A DNA stretch of 64,000 nucleotides from Vezdaea acicularis. Taxonomy: Eukaryota. The number at the start of each line of letters is the position of its first letter. Within the stretch, counting starts at the first letter, position 1. The translations under genes and the position numbers were made by a program. The notes under the pieces are model-generated. The model ran no database searches and was not told the DNA's origin. It saw only the letters and a list, made by a program, of their open reading frames with translations. Shown here one piece after another: positions 14,138 to 27,410 of the stretch. The stretch is from positions 1 to 64,000 of the forward strand of contig JAPEUI010000060.1 of assembly GCA_026025075.1 (NCBI GenBank), in the 5' to 3' direction.

Positions 14138-14899
14138 ATGCTGCTAGATGGCGCCAGATCCAGCATTCTCTTCATTCTAGCTTCGTTGTCGATTAGAAAG
14201 GTGAGAGCAAAAGCAGACCTCCTGATCTGCCCAGGAGAGAAGTTCGATGGCCGCATGAATGGTCTCACCCCTGGCATCACCGAACTCATCATTCGAGCTC
14301 CTTTTGGAATCTGGGACATTTGCCACCACAACGACCCTCTCCTTGGCCCTACCAAGAGTGCGGGGGTACCTTACAACGAACACAGGAGCCTCGAAACCTT
14401 CGGGTGCCTTTGTGAAGGGGAGGGCATCTTAGAATGCCTTCCACGTGACCCTTACGATGACAGTTTGATACGAAAACACCCTGAAGGGCCCGCTTTTTGC
14501 TCCCGCAACTGCCGTTGCGTAGACCCAGAGAATCCAGGCCCGGACGCAGAGATTTGGGGAGAATGGTACCTGCTGAAGCCCTGGGACTGGAAACTTCCAT
14601 CGAGAGCAGGCGCCTTGCCAAAACAAAATCCGAAATTTCTGCTGCATGGCCTCCGGAGCTACCTAATGGGAACCTCTTTGGTGGGGCAATCACCAAGTCG
14701 ACGACGCCGTGCCCCTCGCAACTGCGCAGAGCCCTCTCAGATGGTGTTTGACGGAAGTCGAGAGCCGGCCCCCCGTACGGAAGAGACCAGCACGTGGTCT
14801 TGGGGTGGCTCGTGTGAGCCGCTGCACGTGTTCAGATCTTGGAGTGGGGGGCCTGGGGCTAGGTCGAGACTCGGACCTTGGGACGTTTCCGCGCCGTAG
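14138..14899 (+). CDS. Putative secreted Cys-rich protein A (unknown family)
   Basis: ATG at 14138, hydrophobic signal-like N-terminus (SSILFILASLSIRKVRA), 8-Cys core shared with the neighbouring ORF at 15416. Confidence 0.6.
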   Translation: MLLDGARSSILFILASLSIRKVRAKADLLICPGEKFDGRMNGLTPGITELIIRAPFGIWDICHHNDPLLGPTKSAGVPYNEHRSLETFGCLCEGEGILECLPRDPYDDSLIRKHPEGPAFCSRNCRCVDPENPGPDAEIWGEWYLLKPWDWKLPSRAGALPKQNPKFLLHGLRSYLMGTSLVGQSPSRRRRAPRNCAEPSQMVFDGSREPAPRTEETSTWSWGGSCEPLHVFRSWSGGPGARSRLGPWDVSAP

Positions 14900-15415
14900 A
14901 AAGTCAAGGTAGAAGCACAGACCGTCGGTCACGCGCGTGCAACACTAAGCTCTGTATGGTGGGTAATCGCATTGTCAGGCGGGCGAAGTCAGAGCGGTGC
15001 GGAGAAAAGTGTGGAGAAATGCGGGGGAGCGCGAGCAAGCGCTCGGGATGCTATTGGGGGAAAGAAGTTTAGATAGATCGTATCCGTACATCGCGATGAG
15101 AACTATAAGGGGCGATGAGAGGGGTCACTTACGGGATAGCTCGGACGGACTTCGGAGTGTCTAAGCCTCGTACGAGACAAAGCTATGGACAAGCCTGATC
15201 GGGCAGGTCTCGTGGATGGCCTTCTTCGTGATGTGCGGCATTAGCTAACTATCCACGGGCGATGCCTGGCGCACTGTGCCGCTTGTGCCATAGCATGCTG
15301 GGGATATAACAATTCCATGTCGCCCAACCCTATCTCCACGTTTTGGTGTCCATTCCCCGCATCTGCTTATCGGAGAAACCATGCTAGGGCCTAAAAGCGC
15401 ATTCAGCCTCATAAG

Positions 15416-16120
15416 ATGATTTCGTTCCTTTTTTACACCGGCCTCATAGCCAACATCGCTCGCATAGTGGTTGGAATGGACGTTGCCACGGCAGAGAATG
15501 GCGACGGTGGCAAGGGCCCTGATTGGATTTTCATCTGTCCGGGTCCCAAGTATGACGGGTATATCGTTGGTAAAGACCTCCAGGAGCCTGGGGCTGTTAC
15601 CCTCGACCCACCTTGGAATGATCCGTACGAACTTTGTACGAGTCGAGATTGGGACTGTAGGTGCACTCAAGATGGGGAAGTGTTATGTGCCGACAATATA
15701 TCTCAGAAAGAGGGAAATGAACAGCTCGAGGCAGGCTTGATCGCCCACATCCCAACCGTCACGTATTCCCAACTCTACTGCGAGATGAACTGCCGCTGTG
15801 AAGATTACGAAGGTAAACGAAAGCGAAGACTGCGGACCTGGATGGCCACGTCGCGCACCGAGTTTATCGATATCATCCGACGCTTCAAGTTTAGGAGGAC
15901 AGGCTCCTGGAGTAATATGGACATAATGGACACGATTCCCGAATATGGAACGAGCGGTAGCAGTAGTGATACAAGGTGGACCGGGCGCTCCTCCTGCGCT
16001 TCAATTGATGGTCAGAGCTGCGCCGCGACAAGTAGGAGAAAGATGGGGCCGTACGGTCATGGCCTCGGGATGACGTCCTTCGGCTCTGGCTGGAAAAAGA
16101 GAGACGTGAGAAACAGATGA
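15416..16120 (+). CDS. Putative secreted Cys-rich protein B (paralog of A)
   Basis: Signal-like MISFLFYTGLIANIARIVVG, then ICPGPKYDG...C...CRCTQDGEVLC...YCEMNCRCED, matching A's ICPGEKFDG...C...CLCEGEGILEC...FCSRNCRCVD. Confidence 0.65.
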   Translation: MISFLFYTGLIANIARIVVGMDVATAENGDGGKGPDWIFICPGPKYDGYIVGKDLQEPGAVTLDPPWNDPYELCTSRDWDCRCTQDGEVLCADNISQKEGNEQLEAGLIAHIPTVTYSQLYCEMNCRCEDYEGKRKRRLRTWMATSRTEFIDIIRRFKFRRTGSWSNMDIMDTIPEYGTSGSSSDTRWTGRSSCASIDGQSCAATSRRKMGPYGHGLGMTSFGSGWKKRDVRNR

Positions 16121-17224
16121 GCGAAGACGGCGCATCTGGCCCTCTGCTGGATGCGCAAGGTGTACAGCGGACGAACCCGTCCCCTAACCAAGGATTTGAT
16201 ACGATTATGTAGGATTAAGAGAGGGAAAACATTATCGAGGAGCGATAGAGCATGTGTGCGGTCAGAGCGATTCATTGGGTTTAGGAAACAAAAGGAACAG
16301 TCGCGTCGTGTAGGATCATGGAGCCATGAGGAGTATCTGGGGTGAAAGGGTCTTGAAGCTTGTTCCCAAAGGCATTCCTGTTTTGTAGAGGTAGCTGCTA
16401 TGGCATAGCAACTCTCGCATGTAAAGTAGACGATAAAGAAATCATTGCATAGAACCGAGAGAAGCAATGTGAGCAAGTCGAGTGAATCCGTACAATCAAC
16501 CTCTGGCAGACTCAAATCCATGTGAGGCCTTCCATCAGTAGCTGATCCAATTTAGCAAGGCATATTGGGAGCTGGCGAGTCATAGCGGGACCAAAGAGCC
16601 AGTTCGTCGGAACTAGCCAAAAAGGAGTGGCCTTAGGTGGTTACTATCCTCTTTCCTAATACGGGACCCTTGCCAGGTTGATCCTTTGGCAGAGTTTGTC
16701 AAGGGAGAGCGATCCACGGGTGAGAGCGGGAGTCGCTTAAACGCACAACCCCGTAAAAGGGATTCCCAATCCGAATTCGGATCCGGCCCTTGCATTCAGT
16801 CTCCGTTCCTTGAAAAGCTGATGGTATCGTCACAAATCCGCTACCCTCTCAAGCCGAGTATATTTCCTGGTCGTACGCACGTTTCTCGCAGGTGTAGCTA
16901 GGTAATATTCTAACATAGTAGTCGCTCTTTATAAGTCATCGAGCAACAGAGTGATTGCATCCGGCCTAGCTATACATATAATACAAGCAACAGACGCCAA
17001 TAAACTCCATCCATCTCTAATCTAGCCGAATATACCCTGAGCCATCCTAGCCAGTAGCTCACCCAAGCGTGACTTAATCTCAACCGCATCTCGAGTTGTA
17101 TGGCTAAGAGATTTGAGCAAATCAAATATAACCGAGCACCCACTTTACATCGTACAACATGACCTCATCAATCATTAGATCAGCCCTTATTTGGTGCGAA
17201 TGATAGATTCCTACCCCCTCCTGG

Positions 17225-18771
17225 TTAGGAAAACGAGTTATCCGACTTCTTTCTTAAAATGCTTATATCCTTCTCATCGGTGCTGTTGCTCAGGAAATAT
17301 TCTAGCCCATCAGACTTACTACCGTTCTCGGGGTTTACTGCAAGGTGATGCTGTCCCTTCTCATTGCTCTCCTGGATTGTGCCTAGACTCTCAGGCGTCC
17401 CGCCATTCTTCGCGCTCATGCCTGGGCCACCTGGGAGGATGTTCTCAAGGCTGGCGTTGCTCGTCATATTGAAAGTCTCGATCTTGCTCGAATCGGAGGT
17501 TGCCATCTTCTCGACCCAGGAGGATAGGGGCCCTCGAGTCTTCGAAGGACGCCTATTTGATATCATTGGCGATGGCGAGGCCTGGGCGCTCTCGCGTCGC
17601 ACACCACCGCCGGAGTTGTCTTCAGGATCGAAGGCCTTGACGCCGAAAACTTTCCGGAGTAGTGGCCACCAGCAGATCAGATTAACGACGAAGATAGCAA
17701 CTGACGCTTCGCGGATGTACCATAGCTGATAAACGGTAGTGAGAGGGTTGGAAAAATTGTAGTATTTGTTGAGAATTGCAGCAAGAATGATGAAAATCCC
17801 GAGAGAGAAAACGATCATCAGGATAACTTTTCTAGAAGTAGGCCGTTGTTAGTGCTTGAATTAGTTAAGTACTGAAACGCACTCACTTAAGTAATGGAAG
17901 CCTGAGACGGGCGAGCAAAGGGATGGGTATCGAGATGATCATGAAATCCGAGGAGATATTAAAGACAGCTTGAGTGATTGAGTAATACTGGTATGTCGCA
18001 CACTGCGGATTGTCGACAGGTAGGGCCCAGTACTGATGAAAAGGACGACACCAGACAGCGAAATAGGTGAGCTCCACGACGAAGTATCCAATCGCAGTAT
18101 AAACCATGACGATTCGTACCCATAAATTCATGCTAAGGGAGAATCTACCGTGATTCTTGTCGTCAGTTTAAGATACTCTAGCAAGGAAGTCTAGCCTGGC
18201 TCACGTCATCTTGTAGTAGGTGGTTAGAAGGCATGCTTTTACGCCCCAAGTTGAAGCCATCATACAGAATTCTAGGCCAATCACAATCTGGACAGGAGCA
18301 AGGGACATTAGGACGCGCTGCATAGTAGTGGGAAGGGGAACTCACCTTGCTGCCATAGACACGGTCTGCTATATCCTTTGGGTTCGCAAGGATGGCGCCT
18401 TCCTGCTCCGGCGGATATAGATTGGTGGCATAATGAGCAGAGATGATGATAAGGATCATGAGTGCGGTATAAAAGCACTTGTCATAAATCAGTTGAAGAG
18501 CCTTCGAGGGGGGGGGGGGGGCTTGGACGTACGAATGTCACACACATAATGTAGTCATCCACACGGATATGCTTGAAGCCATTGCCTTGAATGACTCGGG
18601 AAGCGCTACAAAGCAGGAACATGTCAGGCTTCGTGTCCAACGATCGCCGCGACTGATGTGCACCAGGGGTGCCCCTTACATGCGTCCAATGAAGAGGATG
18701 AAGCCAATGACCCAGAAGGTGATCGCATTGGCTAGTAGCTCGCCCAGACTCGGAGACGAAAGGTTACCCAT
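17225..18771 (-). CDS. Fungal rhodopsin-domain / PTH11-like integral membrane protein (multi-exon)
   Basis: ATG at 18771 (MGNLSSPSLGELL...), VDDYIM, WCRPFHQYWA...QC, AVFNISSDFMIISIPIPLL, FSLGIFIILAAILNK, WYIREASVAIFVVNL. Several short GT-AG introns. Confidence 0.85.
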
Positions 18772-20610
18772 CGTCAATCCTCTGCAGATTGGAGTCCTCT
18801 GGAAGACGTGAAGTCACGGAAGCGAAGGATCATGAGGAGCATATGATTGACTGAATGGAGATGGCGAAGGAGAGTCCAAGTAGAAATCCTAGCAGCTCTG
18901 AATGTTTTGGCACTGATAGTAGGGACTGAAGGCGTTGGCTTAAGCTGGTCACAGGAGACAGTAGAAAGCCCAATATGGATTGAGAGAGAGGGGGAAACTT
19001 TCGAATCTCAGAGCTTAAGAAGAGATATATAGATGCACGCGCGTATGACGCGGCGAGGGAGTCGGACAGTTCCTAGAGATATAAGGTATGGAAGTGAGAG
19101 CGCCCAGGTGGGAGCAGAGACATGCAGCCCACCGCCGTGGTCGGTGGCTTGAGATACACTCTGCGCCTCCTCCTCTTTCCGTCCCGCCTATCCACATCGA
19201 CGGACTCTGTTATCTTGTTCGCGCCTGGCATTTTGGGGAAGAACGTCCATTCTCTATATCTCGAAGGGAAGGCATGACGGGACCGACATCTTTCCACGGA
19301 GGGAAAAAGGAAGTGGCGAGTGCTCGTGCAGCAGCCCTGTCCGTGGTGAGAAGGGGCACTCGAGCCGTGATTCGTGCAGATAACGGCTTCCTTTGTGATT
19401 AATCACCTTATGGCATGGACGCGCTCTTGCTTAGATCAGGACCACATCTCCCGAGCCTTTGGCAAAAAGCTTGTCGGCCCAGGATAACGGGCGGCATCCA
19501 AGCTACGGTGCCGGCGACTTTCGTGCGGTGGCTCCCGTCCCTTATCATGTCGACGTTGTGATAACACCGACGCTTACCCAATCATCGTCGCGGAATTATT
19601 TCCAGTGAAAATCTAGTGGCATATAACAGGAGCGGGATGTCCTTAGCCATGCACGCATGATCATCGCCGGGTCCGCCGTCGAACATCCCGCGAGTCGTCG
19701 TCCACAAAGTCTGCAGCATGGCAGACGTGGGAGTTGCCCTCGTGGTTCTTTGCCATTTTCTGACCTCGGGTGGTTCTTCCGCCCGTCAACATCTGTTCCT
19801 TTCATAAATCTCCGAGGGAGGTCGCATGCTATCTGATAGCTCCCGCGCTGCCCAGATAGCAGGCCGCGACGACCGCGCACTATGGCCACTTTTTCTCACT
19901 GCTGGATGTGATTCGTGATAAGGTTCTCGTCCCTGAATGATGGGCCTCGAGGGTCGGTTCCACCCGATGGGTCTACGCAAGGGGAGATCCAGTTAGCGCG
20001 TTTCCATATCCAGAGAGTGACAGGAGCGATGATTGGGCCTTTTAGGCGAATCAGAGGCCGGAGGGGAGAAGTGGGCGGAAACGCTCGTTTAGCTCTAGTG
20101 CGTGCGTGGGGGTCACATCGCGGCTGAACGTGACAGCGGGATGGGCGGAACCCGGGAAGTCCGGCGGAAGATCGGCGGGGTCGGGTCAGATCCGCTTCGG
20201 CTTCGGCTTCTACTGGCAGCATCCACCGGGGAGACACACGAGCTTCAGTGCTCCTAGCGCACGTGGTGTAAGGTGAAGGAAGGAAGGAAGGCTGCTTCTA
20301 GAAAGCGGACCATCCCTGCATTCAGTCGCTCGTGAGGCATACTAGAATGGTCGCTCGCAGATGAAATCTAGCAGTGACAAACCCATCCACACCAATGTAT
20401 CAAAGCCATAGAAAACCAGCATTCGCCAAGAGATACTCCGTGAGTAGCCCCACAAATGCAAGCAAAAACCCTCTCCACGCCATTGCAGGCTCAAAAACGA
20501 ATTGACTTTTGGAGCCTATGCACCCCATCTCACACCCTCCAGGGACGCACCCTGCTCACATCCCGCACAACTAAAGGACGCCCTATCGGTATATGTCCCT
20601 AGACGAAGCT

Positions 20611-20997
20611 TCAGACAATTGTATCTTCCCCTCTGACGTAGGCGATGGCTGCCTTTTCAGCATCGCCATCATGTTTCGTTAGAAGCTTCGTCGCCTGAGT
20701 CTTGCTCAACAAGAGCTCGTCCATCAGTAAATCCACGTCCTTCTTCTCCACCTTCACCTTCTTCTTCACCTCGGGCTTTGTCTGGGCCCCACTGGCAACC
20801 TTGGTCTCCCCCAGACTTGCCATTGCTTTCCCCAGTCTTTCTTGGTCGACGGATTGAGTCGGCGCGGGACTGTCATCGGCCGACCCCCGAGTTTCGAGGG
20901 AGGACATTGCGGCTGCGGCACGACGGTCTTCCGCGTTTTTGGGAAGGGCGGCAGCAGCTTCATCAGCCTCATCTTGGGCGGGCCGTGGCTCGGCCAT
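20611..20997 (-). CDS. HYPK-like protein (NatA/NAC-associated, C-terminal UBA-like)
   Basis: ATG at 20997. AEDRRAAAAMSSL and KVKVEKKDVDLLMDELLLSKTQATKLLTKHDGDAEKA match the fungal HYPK pattern. Confidence 0.8.
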   Translation of the reverse strand: MAEPRPAQDEADEAAAALPKNAEDRRAAAAMSSLETRGSADDSPAPTQSVDQERLGKAMASLGETKVASGAQTKPEVKKKVKVEKKDVDLLMDELLLSKTQATKLLTKHDGDAEKAAIAYVRGEDTIV

Positions 20998-21769
20998 TGC
21001 GCGAGAGTTGTAGGGGCAGAAGCGTCCTCGAACGAATGGGAGTTCTTCCAGCAAAAAGAAGTGGTGGAAGCCTGTTACAAAATTTTGACCGTAAGATCGT
21101 TGTTATTCAATGTTAGAAGCTCCCGATGTACTGAGTCACTCGGCTTTGTAATCTAATCAGTAGTCAAGTCAGCAGTGAACGAGAGAAACTCAGAATATCT
21201 CTGTAGATGAAGATGAAAAGGTTGAATTGTCGCTGAGGATTTAAAGAACATACTCCGTCTACTGATCACTCAGCTCATACTTGGGGGAGTGACAGTCTAA
21301 GATCTTATCTTCGAGCGCTGGAATGATATGGGAAGAGAAGATGAGGACTTCGAATTACAGATCTATCCATCGTGGTTGGATTGTTGATCGCAAATCTGGG
21401 CGTATGGAGCGAATACGTCTCGGGTCAAAGTCCAGTTATGCGCTTTTGTTTCAATCGCTCGGGGACCTCCCATTCGCCGAAGCCGACCATACCGGAACCG
21501 ACCGCAAAAGAGAGAATGACTTCATTTTCTAGCGCCCTCCAGGCTTCAATTACTTTGATTTTGTTACGAAAGCAGACTGCTAAGACTACATTCATGGCCC
21601 GAACAGGCATTCTCTAGGTTTCATGTAAGCGGGTGTTCATTGGACTCAGAAAGACCGGAGGTCGGGAAGCGGACACAAAAAAGTTCCGGTCATATTAACA
21701 CGAGGAATAAAATCTGACCAGCTCCCGTAAACCTAAGAAATCAAGCTTAGATTCAAATTTTTCGCAAAA

Positions 21770-23581
21770 ATGGAGAAAACCAAAGTCAACGGCTTTCGTA
21801 AAGATGCTAATGTCTGGTCACCTTCCTGTAAGACATCTCAAATATGCCCTTGTTAAGGGTATGTGACACTGACGAACTATAGCCTGGACCTCAAAGCCAA
21901 TTAAGCAGGCCGTGATATATGAAGACCAAGAAGCAGTGGAGAAGTCACTGGCGAAGCTACGGCGACTACCTCCGATTGTCACTCCGACTGAGGTTTGTTC
22001 AATCACGCTTTAGTCAAGAGCCAGTAGCTAATTCTATGCAGATTATCAAATTGAAGAACAGCTTGAAGGATGTTGCGCTTGGCAAGGCCTTCCTACTGCA
22101 AGGAGGTATGGATCATTCATCCTTTAATATGCTTCACTAAGCTAAGGAAAGGTTAGGGGACTGTGCTGAGCTCTTTGACTATTGCGAGGAGGTTTGCCAC
22201 CCTTTTGTCCATAACTTATACTCTTCAAAGACTAATCTGTGAATAGAATGCAATTGATTCGAAGATTAAGCTCCTACTACAGATGAGTCTGGTGCTGATC
22301 TGGGGTGAGGCGCATTTGTAGCCAATGATTTATAGCTTTGAGAGACTGACATGTATCAGGAGCAAGTAAACCTGTTGTCAGGATCGCGCGCATGGCTGGC
22401 CAATTCGCAAAGTATGTTCTGTCTACAACATACTATCATATATATGCTAACCAGAAAAATCAAGACCGCGGTCGAGTCCCACGGAAATGATTAACGGGGT
22501 CTCTACGCCCTCCTTCCGGGGCGATAATATCAACGGCTTCTCCCCTGACGAAAGAAAGCCCGACCCCGCTCGTCTCGTCAGGTCAGCTTTCCCCCCCTCC
22601 CAGAGTCACCCCTAAACTGACTTCCATAGCGCCTACTTCCACTCCGCAACCACCCTCAACTACGCTCGCGCCTCCCTATCATCTGGCCTTGCGGACCTAC
22701 ACTCCCCACTCGACTGGGACCTAGGACATGTACAATCCGCACGCATCAAAGCTCAATACTCGCAGATCGTCACTTCAATAACAGACTCTCTCCGCTTCAT
22801 GCGCACCGTCGGCGCCGACAGCGCAAACAATGCTCTCCAAACCGTTGACCTCTTCACAAGCCACGAAGGCCTCCTCCTAGAATACGAGCAAGCCCTCACG
22901 CGGCGCTCCAAGCACCCTTTCCCACGCCACATCACGCCCCGACGGCCCTCCATGTCCACCTCCGCCGTCCAAAACGCAGAAGAGGGCTGGTACAACCTCT
23001 CCGCGCACTTCCTCTGGATCGGCGACCGCACCCGCGCCCTCGACGGCGCCCACGTCGAATACTTCCGCGGGCTCGCCAACCCCATCGGCGTGAAAGTCGG
23101 CCCCTCAATGACAAGCCCCGAGCTGCTCCAACTCCTCGACATCCTGGACCCGCACCACGAGCCCGGCAAAATTACCCTCATCACCCGCTACGGCGCCTCC
23201 CGCATCTCCTCCCTCCTCCCAGACCACGTCAAAGCCGTCCAGCAGTCCTCCCACATCCCCATCTGGCAATGCGACCCCATGCACGGCAACACCATCACGA
23301 CCCCCGCCGGCGTCAAGACCAGGCGCTTTGGCGATATCTTCGAGGAGCTGAGCCAGGCCCTGCGCATTCATAAGGACATGGGCGGCTTTCTCGGCGGCGT
23401 ACATCTCGAGCTGACGGGGGAGGCGGTCACGGAGTGTACCGGCGGCAGCGAGGGCTTGGATGAGAAGGGCTTGGAGGCGAATTATACGACCTTTTGTGAT
23501 CCGAGATTGAATGAGAAACAGGCGCTTGAACTCGCGTTCCTGATTGCGGGGAGCTTGCGGGAAGAGGAAAATGGGGAGTAG
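21770..23581 (+). CDS. Class II DAHP synthase (phospho-2-dehydro-3-deoxyheptonate aldolase), many short 5' exons
   Basis: WSPSSWTSKPIKQ, LPPIVTPTE, FLLQG|GDCAE, RMAGQFAK|PRS, FTSHEGLLLEYE, SAHFLWIGDRTRALDGAHVEYFRG, CDPMHGNT, GGVHLELTG, CDPRLN. Confidence 0.95.
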
Positions 23582-23842
23582 GAGGGTTGTATGAGGAGGC
23601 TGGGTGGAGCGACATAATGTCTTGGGTTATGTGTCTATGCCGACGGTGTTTGTTTTTTTTCTTGAGATAGAGTTTTTACGGAAAAGCATTTGTTTGATTT
23701 AGATAGAACCACTAAACGCCGTTTCCCTTAATCCAATTCAGTTGCAGTATTTACCTCCAATAATGAACCCGTACATATAGACTACTTCACATACATCGTC
23801 CACCCGCATTCTGCACGCCTTCGATCCGCCCTCTAAGTATCC

Positions 23843-26800
23843 CTAAAACGGCTGGCCGAGGGGACTCCCCACCTTTGGGGCAAACTGCAAGCTCTTCCTT
23901 CTCGCCAACACAAGCCTCCTCCTCACATTTTCATCCTCACAGTCCTCGATCCGGCCCGTGACCGGAAACAGTGTTTCCCCGCCGACATAGTGTTTTGGGG
24001 GACATGTCCGCTGGCTCAAATTTTTCGGCAACAGCCACCCGGGCGTCGTTGGACTGGCGGGACTCAGATCTGAGAGATCGATTTCTGGTGATTCTCCCTC
24101 CTTCGCTTGAGGCGTGCTGGGTATGCGAATGAATGCCGTGGAGGCCCGGCGCGAGGAGGAGGGAAAGGTGAGGAATTCTTTTGTGGGGGAGATGTCTGTG
24201 TTTGAGGAAGAGCTTATAGTTGTGGCGGACGGGGTGGAGGGGACGAGCGTCCCATTTAGGTTTTGGAGTGCGCGGGGCTCCATAGATTTGCGGCGGCGGT
24301 GCCCTCCGCGGGGGAGATTGGATGTGTCGACTAGGTAACTGGTTTCTGGGAGCCAGGTATTGGAGCGTTCACAGCTGGATGAAGGTTAGTACTCTAAGCC
24401 CAAATACTGGAAACGGAGTCAAAACGTACTCAAGGACCCATCCGACACCGACGCAGGTCACAACTCCACCCGCCGCCCTCACCTTCTCCAGCGTGCGCTT
24501 GCCGCCATCTTTAAACACGACGTGAGTAATACCAATCTTCTGCGCACCGGGCGTGCCAGGCTCGCGGATCCCCTCAGCCGTCCCAGTAAGGTCGAACCCA
24601 GGGGTTTCGCGAGGGGCTAAGCTCGCGCGTGGATTCCAGCTCCATTGCTTGACGCATCTAGCGCCCATTTGCGTAAGCAGCTCGACGAAGATGCCAGATG
24701 CATCGGCGCCCTCGGTCGTGTGCACGTCGACAAAGACGATCGCACCTTTGAGCGTCTCCGGGTTGAGGTCTCGGCGCGGAGTGCGGGCCGGTGTGCCGGC
24801 TGTAGACCATGCGACTGTACCAGGAGTGCGCACTTGCGTAGATTCTGGTTTGGTCGGCGTGGTGTACTCCTCTGTCAAAACAGTTCCAGAACAACTAGCT
24901 GCGCGTTGCGGAGAAAACCCGATGACAGTATGACTGCGAGCGAGCGGGGAGGCTTCGGATTCCTTACGCGGCGTCAAGGGGCCGGAGACGGACTTGCTTC
25001 GCCTGAGAATTGGGCGGAGGGGGGAAGCCTCGCATGCAGCTTTGAGCGGAACTTTGGAAACTGTGTGGAATGTACGTTGGGCCTCAAAGACGCGAGCGGG
25101 AGTGCATGTTGCGGTTGGTGGAGTTGGAGCCGGGCTTTCAGCAAGGAGGACAGGTTCGACTGGGATGACATTCTCATCGCCGTATTCTTGGCTTGGTTCG
25201 GAGAGAGCAGCCTGGGTTATACTTAAGGCGTCGTCGTCGACTTCAGCAACTTCTTCTTCCATGCCACCCATTTCCACGTCATCATCTGACCGCACGTCCA
25301 TCTCGTCTTCGAAGAAGGAATTCTTGGCTGGAGAACCATTCAAAGGCGAAGTAGGTTTGAATGATGGAAGCGCTGGAATAGGCTTCGAGGGTGTGAAGAT
25401 ACTCCTAGTGGCCTCTTTCCGGTGCTCGAGGATCGTCTTGTCTGGGCTGGCACCCTTCCATGTGCTCATTTGGTCAATGAGGGGTGCCATGGAATCGATT
25501 TGAGCATCAAGGCCAGAAATACCCCTTTCCATTGACTCCTCGAAGAGATTGTCTTCCACAACCTTTCGTTTGAGGGTGCTCTGGCTAGCTTTGGAGGGAG
25601 ATCTAGACGTAGGAGTTGCCTGACGTGCCAAATCTTTAGTAGAAACTCCATATTGCCCGACAGGAGTTGGTCGGCTGGAACAGAGCTCGTCTTCAGAGTC
25701 ATCATCAGAGTAAGGTTCAGCCGCGCGGCTCTGAATTGCAAATGAGGCTCTCTTGACAGACTTGGGAACTGAACCAGGTGGCGTTGTGCTTCGGTAAGAG
25801 TCTACGGGCTGACATAGCTCGTCTACACCAATCTCCTTAAAATCGTCATGGCCTAGCTTCTGCCTTTCCTTTTGACTCGATGCTTGGGTGATGCGCTCTG
25901 GGGAAATGGTAATAGTGACCTTGATGGGGCTCTTGCTAGGGCTATGCGATGTCGACTTCGTGGGGGAAACAGGCCTCTTAGCTGAGTCATGAATGGTGTC
26001 GAGCTGCTTGGTGGCCATTGCAGAAGAATTACCGAGCTCTTCAGCCATCATTTCTGGCGTAGTCATTCGATGGACCCTCACGAGTTGCTCAGGGGACCTC
26101 GCCGCTCGTAAAGAGCTTGAGAAAGTTTTCGACGGTGTCAAATCTGGTAATTTGAAGTTGTTGGCTGGTTCTAGATCGCCGCTGCTAGCCTTCATGGTGG
26201 ACCTAATCTGAGACCCGAAAACAGAGCTTTTGAAAGCTGATGCCGGAGGTCGCCTGGCTGGTGAGTTCAGGACAGACGCCTTCAGAGGGGATGCAGGCAA
26301 GGCCGTGGACTGCTTCATAGCGGAAAGTGATACTTTCAGCGGCTTCTGGGAGAGCAGGGACTCGCCAAGGTTTGTCCTTTGGGGCGATTCCTTCAAGCTG
26401 TTCTTGTAGGGCGACTGAGGTGGCCGCCGAGCTGGACTTGCCATGATTGAGGCTCCGAGCTCTTTGGGAGGCGACTGAGTCTCACTATGTGGGCCAAGCT
26501 CAAGTTTTGAAACCTTCAGCACGCTTGATGGCATTTTTACCGGCGATCTTGAAAACAGCCTCACAGGTGTCTTCTCGGCAGAAGCAAGCTCATCTTCTGA
26601 TGCGACTGATGTGCTGCCAACCTGTGTGGCTTTCTTTGGTGACAGTGGTTTTGGCTTTTCACCTTCTTCCAGCTTTTGCTCTGCTTGCTTGCCTCTTCTG
26701 GTAGTTCTTGTAACAGGTCCGGGTTTGCGAACTGGCTTCGCCTTCAAGCCTATCTCTTTCGGAGCCAATTTCTCGTCCTTCTTGGGCGAGAGGGGAACAC

Positions 26801-27410
26801 GATTCTCCTTATCAAGGTTTTCCTCCTTGAATGTGACCTTTTTCTTTGCGGCAGCCGACTTCGTTGTGGCTGTGGCGCCTGTTGCACGCGTTCGAGTCGC
26901 CCTCTTTGGCTGAGAATCATTTTCTTGGCTTGGCTCTTTGATTTCAGCCTCTGTTGTTACCTTCTTTGGGCGTCCTCGGGTCGCCTTTGGTACCTCAGCC
27001 TTCTTTTTGGGAGCTACGATTTCTACTGCTTTAGACTGCGATGTGTCTACATTGTGTGCAGCCTCTTTCTTCGGCCTGCCTCTGCCAGCTTTGGTAGTGA
27101 CAGTAGGTTCCTTCGCTGCGCTCTTTTCGTCATTACCATCGTCAACCTTGGCCTTCCTTCTCGTACTGATCGCCTTAGGCGCTTCGATGTTTTGTTTGAG
27201 TTGTGTTGCTACTACCAAAGCGTCCTCTTCTTCAATTACATTTGCCTTGGTTCGTGTTGTGGTCTTTGGCTTAGCCGTGGTTGGCTTCGTGGTCGCTGCC
27301 AAAGCCGATGGCTTTGTCTTTTTCAAGCTCGACTTTAGCGGAATTGTGGACTCCTCGGTGACTTTTGCAGCGCGAGCGCGCGTCATACGTTTAGGTGGTG
27401 ATTCAGGCAT
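23843..27410 (-). CDS. BRCT-domain protein (fungal microcephalin-like), long Lys/Ser/Pro-rich N-terminus
   Basis: ATG at 27410. LKGAIVFVDVHTTEGADASGIFVELLTQMGARCVKQW...ITHVVFKDGGKRTLEK...CVGVGWVLD. Intron ~24375-28 region (24375-24429) joins to CER...PRGGHRRRKSMEP and the C-terminal RRKSLQFAPKVGSPL. Confidence 0.85.
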
